This document shows positions 17,075-22,627 of a stretch of 22,627 bases of DNA, one piece after another. A model generated the notes under the pieces. The model worked only from the letters and a program-made list of their open reading frames with translations, was not told the origin of the DNA and ran no database searches. The translations under genes and the position numbers were made by a program. Position 1 is the stretch's first letter; the number at the start of each line of letters is the position of its first letter. The DNA is from Deferrisomatales bacterium (GTDB taxonomy: Bacteria; Desulfobacterota; Deferrisomatia; Deferrisomatales; JACRMM01): the NCBI GenBank assembly GCA_033551855.1, contig JAWSUI010000058.1, forward strand, positions 1 to 22,627. Direction: 5' to 3'.

Positions 17075-17782
17075 CTAACCGGGCGGGAGCCCGCCCTCGT
17101 CCGCGAAGCTGTAGTAGCAGTCCCGGCCGACGATTACGTGGTCCAGGACGCGAATGCCCAACACCTTGCCCGCTTCCCAGAGCCTGCGGGTGAGCTCCAC
17201 GTCCTCGCGGCTCGGGGCAGGATCGCCGCTTGGGTGGTTGTGGGCAAAGATGACGGCCGACGCGGCCTCGCGGACGGCGGCGCGAAAGGCCTCCCGGGGA
17301 TGCACCAGGCTCGCCGTCAGGGAGCCCTCGCTCACCCGGTCCTCCCGCAGCCAGCGATTGCGGGCGTCGAGCAGCAGACAGAAGAAGTTCTCTCGCTTCA
17401 GCTCGGCCAAGCGCGGCCCGTAGTGTTCATAGACCTCGCCGCTGCCTCGAAAGGCACCGGCCGCCGGCAGGGGTCGGCTGGCCAGGCGCCGCCCCAGCTC
17501 GAGGGCCGCGGCCACCGTGGCTGCCTTGGCGGGGCCGATTCCCCGGTGTTGCGCCAGCTCCGCTGCGGAGGCCTGCCCCAGGGCTGCCCAGTCTTCCTCG
17601 TAGGACGCCCAGAGGCTGCGGGCAAGGTCCAAGGCGGTGCGGCCGCCCCCCCCGTCCCCGGTCCGCAGCAGGACGGCGAGCAACTCGGCGGGCCCCAGCG
17701 CCGAGGGGCCGCGGGTACAGAGCCTCTCCCTCGGCCTCTCCTCGCGAGGCCAGGTCTTGATCCCCCTCGGTGTCTCCCCCAT
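17075..17782 (-). CDS. radC: RadC / UPF0758 JAB-domain protein, 235 aa
   Basis: IKTWPREERPRERL, ELLAVLLRTG, HhH GIGPAKA, VHPRE, HNHPSGDPAPSRED, LDHVIVG. Confidence 0.96.
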   Translation of the reverse strand: MGETPRGIKTWPREERPRERLCTRGPSALGPAELLAVLLRTGDGGGGRTALDLARSLWASYEEDWAALGQASAAELAQHRGIGPAKAATVAAALELGRRLASRPLPAAGAFRGSGEVYEHYGPRLAELKRENFFCLLLDARNRWLREDRVSEGSLTASLVHPREAFRAAVREAASAVIFAHNHPSGDPAPSREDVELTRRLWEAGKVLGIRVLDHVIVGRDCYYSFADEGGLPPG

Positions 17783-17811
17783 GCTCTCCCCCGCGACGGC
17801 TCGCAGTAAGG

Positions 17812-17841
17812 ATTGTAGAGACCGCAAGGAAGCGGTGTCAA
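17812..17841 (-). promoter_or_regulatory. Near-consensus sigma70 promoter for radC with a dyad in the spacer
   Basis: TTGACA-N18-TACAAT containing ACCGC-N6-GCGGT. Confidence 0.7.
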
Positions 17842-19025
17842 ACGGGATTGCGGCCGCGGAGCCCGCCGAGGGCCGCGGCATACACCTCCTTGAGGGGAAC
17901 CCCCGCCTCCCGCGACAAGCGCCGGCAGTCCTCGAACTCCGGGGCGCGGTTCACGACCCGCCCGCCCCTCACCCCCACCTTCACACGAACGGGGCCCCAC
18001 GGGGTGGCTGCCTCTTCCCAGGACCGTCCGAGGCACGAGCGGTCGACCGTCAGGGAGCGCAGCCCAAGGGTCGATGAGTGGAGGAAGATCGCCTCCTCTA
18101 CGGCGCCGGCCTCCCCCTCCCGGCACAGGGCAGAGAGCAGGTGGGCGGGCCGGCCCTTCTTCATGAGGATCGGGGTCAACCAGGCGTCGAGCGCACCGGC
18201 CTCCAGGCACACCTCGGGCAGGGTGGCCAGGATCTCCGGAGACAGATCGTCGAGGTTCGCCTCCAGAACCCGAAGGGTCTCCGGTCCGGGGCGGGGTCCC
18301 CGTGGGGTCCCGAGGAGGAGTTGAAGGAAGCGGGGGTGCGCTGCAGGCCCCGCGGGTGCGAACCCTGCGCCCGCCGCCTGGAGCACCATCGGCGGAGGCG
18401 GCCCGAAGGAGGTGGCCAGCGTGCGGGCGAGGGCTGCGCCGGCGGGTGTCACGACCACCGAGGCTGCGTCCACTCCGACGGTGGGGAGCCCCGTCAGGAG
18501 CGCCAAAGTGGACGTCTCCCAACAGGGTGCAGCCCCTCCGGGAGCTGCGGGGCCCAGTGGAAGGGGACCGGTGGAGACCGAGGAGATGCCCAGGAGCTCC
18601 CCCGCGAGACAGGCCCCGACGATCCGGAGGGCAGTCGCGGTACCCCCAAGCTCGGCGAGGGTGACCTGATCGAGCCCGATGCCCCGGACCTCGGCCCGGG
18701 CTTCCCCCAGGGCCTCGAGGGCGGCCAGGGCTGTCCGAACGGCCGGGGCGGGCAGGGGCGCCGAAGCCACGGCGTCGCGCAGGACAGGGTACCCGAAGCG
18801 GGACGTGCCAGGGTCCGTCTCCGGCGCCGTGCGGAGCCGCAGCCCCCGAATTCCCTCGTCCTCCGCGGGCTCGAAGGCCAGCTGCACGTCGGAGGCCCCC
18901 GGGACCGGAATCCGCTGGACGGCGGACTCCACCGCTTCCGCTGCGGCGCCCAGGTGTACCAGGCCCGCCAGGAGCATCTCGGCGGAGAAACCGCCGCAGG
19001 GGTGGATGTGGAGGTGGCGCTCCAT
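17838..19025 (-). CDS. larC: LarC-family (DUF111) nickel-insertion protein homologue with a divergent N-terminal domain, 395 aa
   Basis: The C-terminal domain is canonical (EANLDD, GALDAW.TPILMKKGRP, STLGLR, TPWGPVRVK, PEFEDC). The N-terminal domain aligns only loosely (GFSAEMLLAGL, VTPAGAALA). ATG 19025 follows GAGG. Confidence 0.85.
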   Translation of the reverse strand: MERHLHIHPCGGFSAEMLLAGLVHLGAAAEAVESAVQRIPVPGASDVQLAFEPAEDEGIRGLRLRTAPETDPGTSRFGYPVLRDAVASAPLPAPAVRTALAALEALGEARAEVRGIGLDQVTLAELGGTATALRIVGACLAGELLGISSVSTGPLPLGPAAPGGAAPCWETSTLALLTGLPTVGVDAASVVVTPAGAALARTLATSFGPPPPMVLQAAGAGFAPAGPAAHPRFLQLLLGTPRGPRPGPETLRVLEANLDDLSPEILATLPEVCLEAGALDAWLTPILMKKGRPAHLLSALCREGEAGAVEEAIFLHSSTLGLRSLTVDRSCLGRSWEEAATPWGPVRVKVGVRGGRVVNRAPEFEDCRRLSREAGVPLKEVYAAALGGLRGRNPV

Positions 19026-19145
19026 GGGGTCGCCTCGCATCCGGGGCGGGTCATGCGGAGGGTCCGAGGCGTGCCCCCCGGGTGCCGGGGAAGGGCCTGG
19101 CGAAGCCGCTTCTCCGCGGGGTGCTCGCGGCGTACGCCGGTGCCG

Positions 19146-19174
19146 AGGGTAGCAGAGCCGCGAGCTTGAGGCCA
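19146..19174 (-). promoter_or_regulatory. Weak candidate promoter for larC
   Basis: TGGCCT-N17-TACCCT with an extended -10 TG. Confidence 0.3.
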
Positions 19175-19190
19175 GGGGGTGCCGAGACCC

Positions 19191-19391
19191 GGATCCTGCG
19201 GCTGGTCGGCGAGCAGAGTCCGTGAGCCCCTGCGTTTCGCCCCGCAATCCGCGGCCATTCGAAGAGGTGTCCCGGCAGTCCCCGGTGCGCCGGGCTTTAC
19301 CCGCTCGCGCCGGACTCGTCGAGTCGGTGGATGCGGTGCGGGGCTGCTCTCCTGGGCTCCCGGACTCCGCCCCACAATGTGGTGGTGGATT
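19191..19391 (+). repeat. Dispersed ~200-bp fold-back intergenic element, copy 2
   Basis: Homologous to copy 1 at a constant offset of 4082. Inverted repeats at 19216-19229 and 19354-19367. Confidence 0.85.
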
Positions 19392-19416
19392 CTGGGACAG
19401 GTGGTGGGAAGACCCT

Positions 19417-19607
19417 GGATCCCCCGTCTCGGAGGAGAGCGAGGTCGGGGAGCCCTTGCGTCTTGCCGCGGAACCCGCGGCGAGTCGAGACGGTGCCCAC
19501 CGGGGAGCGGGAGTGCCGAGCCTCACGGATCCCGGTCGGTCTCTGCGCCTCGGTCCCTGCCGTTCCCGGCTACACAGGTCGTCCCGATCCCGCCCAACGT
19601 GTGGCGG
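19417..19607 (+). repeat. Dispersed intergenic element, copy 3 (more diverged, tandem to copy 2, period 226)
   Basis: 80/129 ungapped identity to copy 2 (40/54 in the first block). Same GGATCC 27 nt before the GTCGGGGAGCCC block and the same CCGCCC..TGTGG.GG end. Confidence 0.7.
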
Positions 19608-19729
19608 CGCCTGTGGGAGACCCTGTTGCGGGAAGGGTGCCGGGGGAGAGGTGCTGCTTTGCGAGGGGCGTATTTCGGTGTACATTGCCCGGCCGGGGGG
19701 TAGGGAGATCCATCGAAGAGGAGCAGGTG

Positions 19730-20059
19730 ATGACAGACCCTGGCGCCAAGCGCCGTTTTCCGCGCATTCCGTCGGAGAACGCGGTTCTGATCAAGAAGCT
19801 CGGCCCTGAGGAGTCGGAGGGGTTCGCCAAGACCCGGGTGGTGGGGCTCGGGGGGTGTATGTTCGTGAGCGACGAGCGGCTGGGGGTGGATTCCTGCCTC
19901 GATCTGCTGATCTCCGTGAGGGGCCGCGTGGTCAAGACGAGGGGCCGCGTGGCCTACGAGGTCGATACCGGCGGTGGGGAGTTGGAGGTCGGAGTCGAGT
20001 TCCTAGAGATCTCCCCCCACGACCGGGCCATCCTGCAAGAGCTCTTCCGCCCCCGCTGA
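19730..20059 (+). CDS. Stand-alone PilZ-domain protein, 109 aa
   Basis: N-terminal KRRFPR (RxxxR), GLGG, GRVAY, VGVEFLEI. SD GAGGAG. Confidence 0.88.
   Translation: MTDPGAKRRFPRIPSENAVLIKKLGPEESEGFAKTRVVGLGGCMFVSDERLGVDSCLDLLISVRGRVVKTRGRVAYEVDTGGGELEVGVEFLEISPHDRAILQELFRPR

Positions 20060-22627
<2,568 letters not shown>

Noticed and set aside
17075..17782. radC as a marker of a mobile element
   Set aside because: It is the full-length chromosomal type with N-terminal and HhH domains, among housekeeping genes, and no integrase or transposase is nearby.
19026..19145. NiCo or other riboswitch in the larC leader
   Set aside because: No recognisable aptamer consensus, only short GC-rich stems.
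15109..19607. Repeat element as a CRISPR array, attC site, 6S RNA or guide RNA
   Set aside because: The units are too long and diverged for CRISPR and no cas gene is present. There are no RYYYAAC/GTTRRRY ends and no 6S motifs I recognise. The variable 30-nt segment is partly shared between copies 2 and 3, so it is not a unique spacer.
19026..19685. 220-aa N-terminal extension of LarC in the ORF track
   Set aside because: Low-complexity P/R/S/G sequence running through the intergenic repeats. Family homology starts at ATG 19025, which has an SD.
19608..19729. c-di-GMP riboswitch or firm promoter upstream of the PilZ gene
   Set aside because: No GEMM consensus. TTGCGA-N16-TACATT (19659-19686) is too weak to call.

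Overview
High-GC bacterial chromosomal window (roughly 70% GC by eye). The gene content looks deltaproteobacterial/Desulfobacterota-like, which is inference. Left part (1-13.7 kb): an acyl-CoA / branched-chain-acid catabolism locus. HMG-CoA lyase and a YngF/LiuC-like hydratase run leftward. Running rightward from a divergent promoter are a Liv-type ABC transporter with an embedded long-chain acyl-CoA synthetase, a PaaK-like ligase, a LiuR-like MerR regulator, an acyl-CoA dehydrogenase, a TPR-like hypothetical protein starting with QLDLF, and a hot-dog thioesterase. Right part: a small Cys/His protein, TlpA, rpmB (L28), a secreted FG-GAP protein, radC, a LarC homologue with a degenerate N-terminal domain, a PilZ protein, ligA and the start of another crotonase. 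No rRNA, tRNA, CRISPR array or transposase was seen. The most unusual signal is an unannotated ~200-bp intergenic element present three times in the same orientation (15109-15308, 19191-19391, 19417-19607). It has fixed internal spacing and nested fold-back stems with a compensatory base change, and two copies sit at nearly the same distance upstream of candidate leftward promoters.
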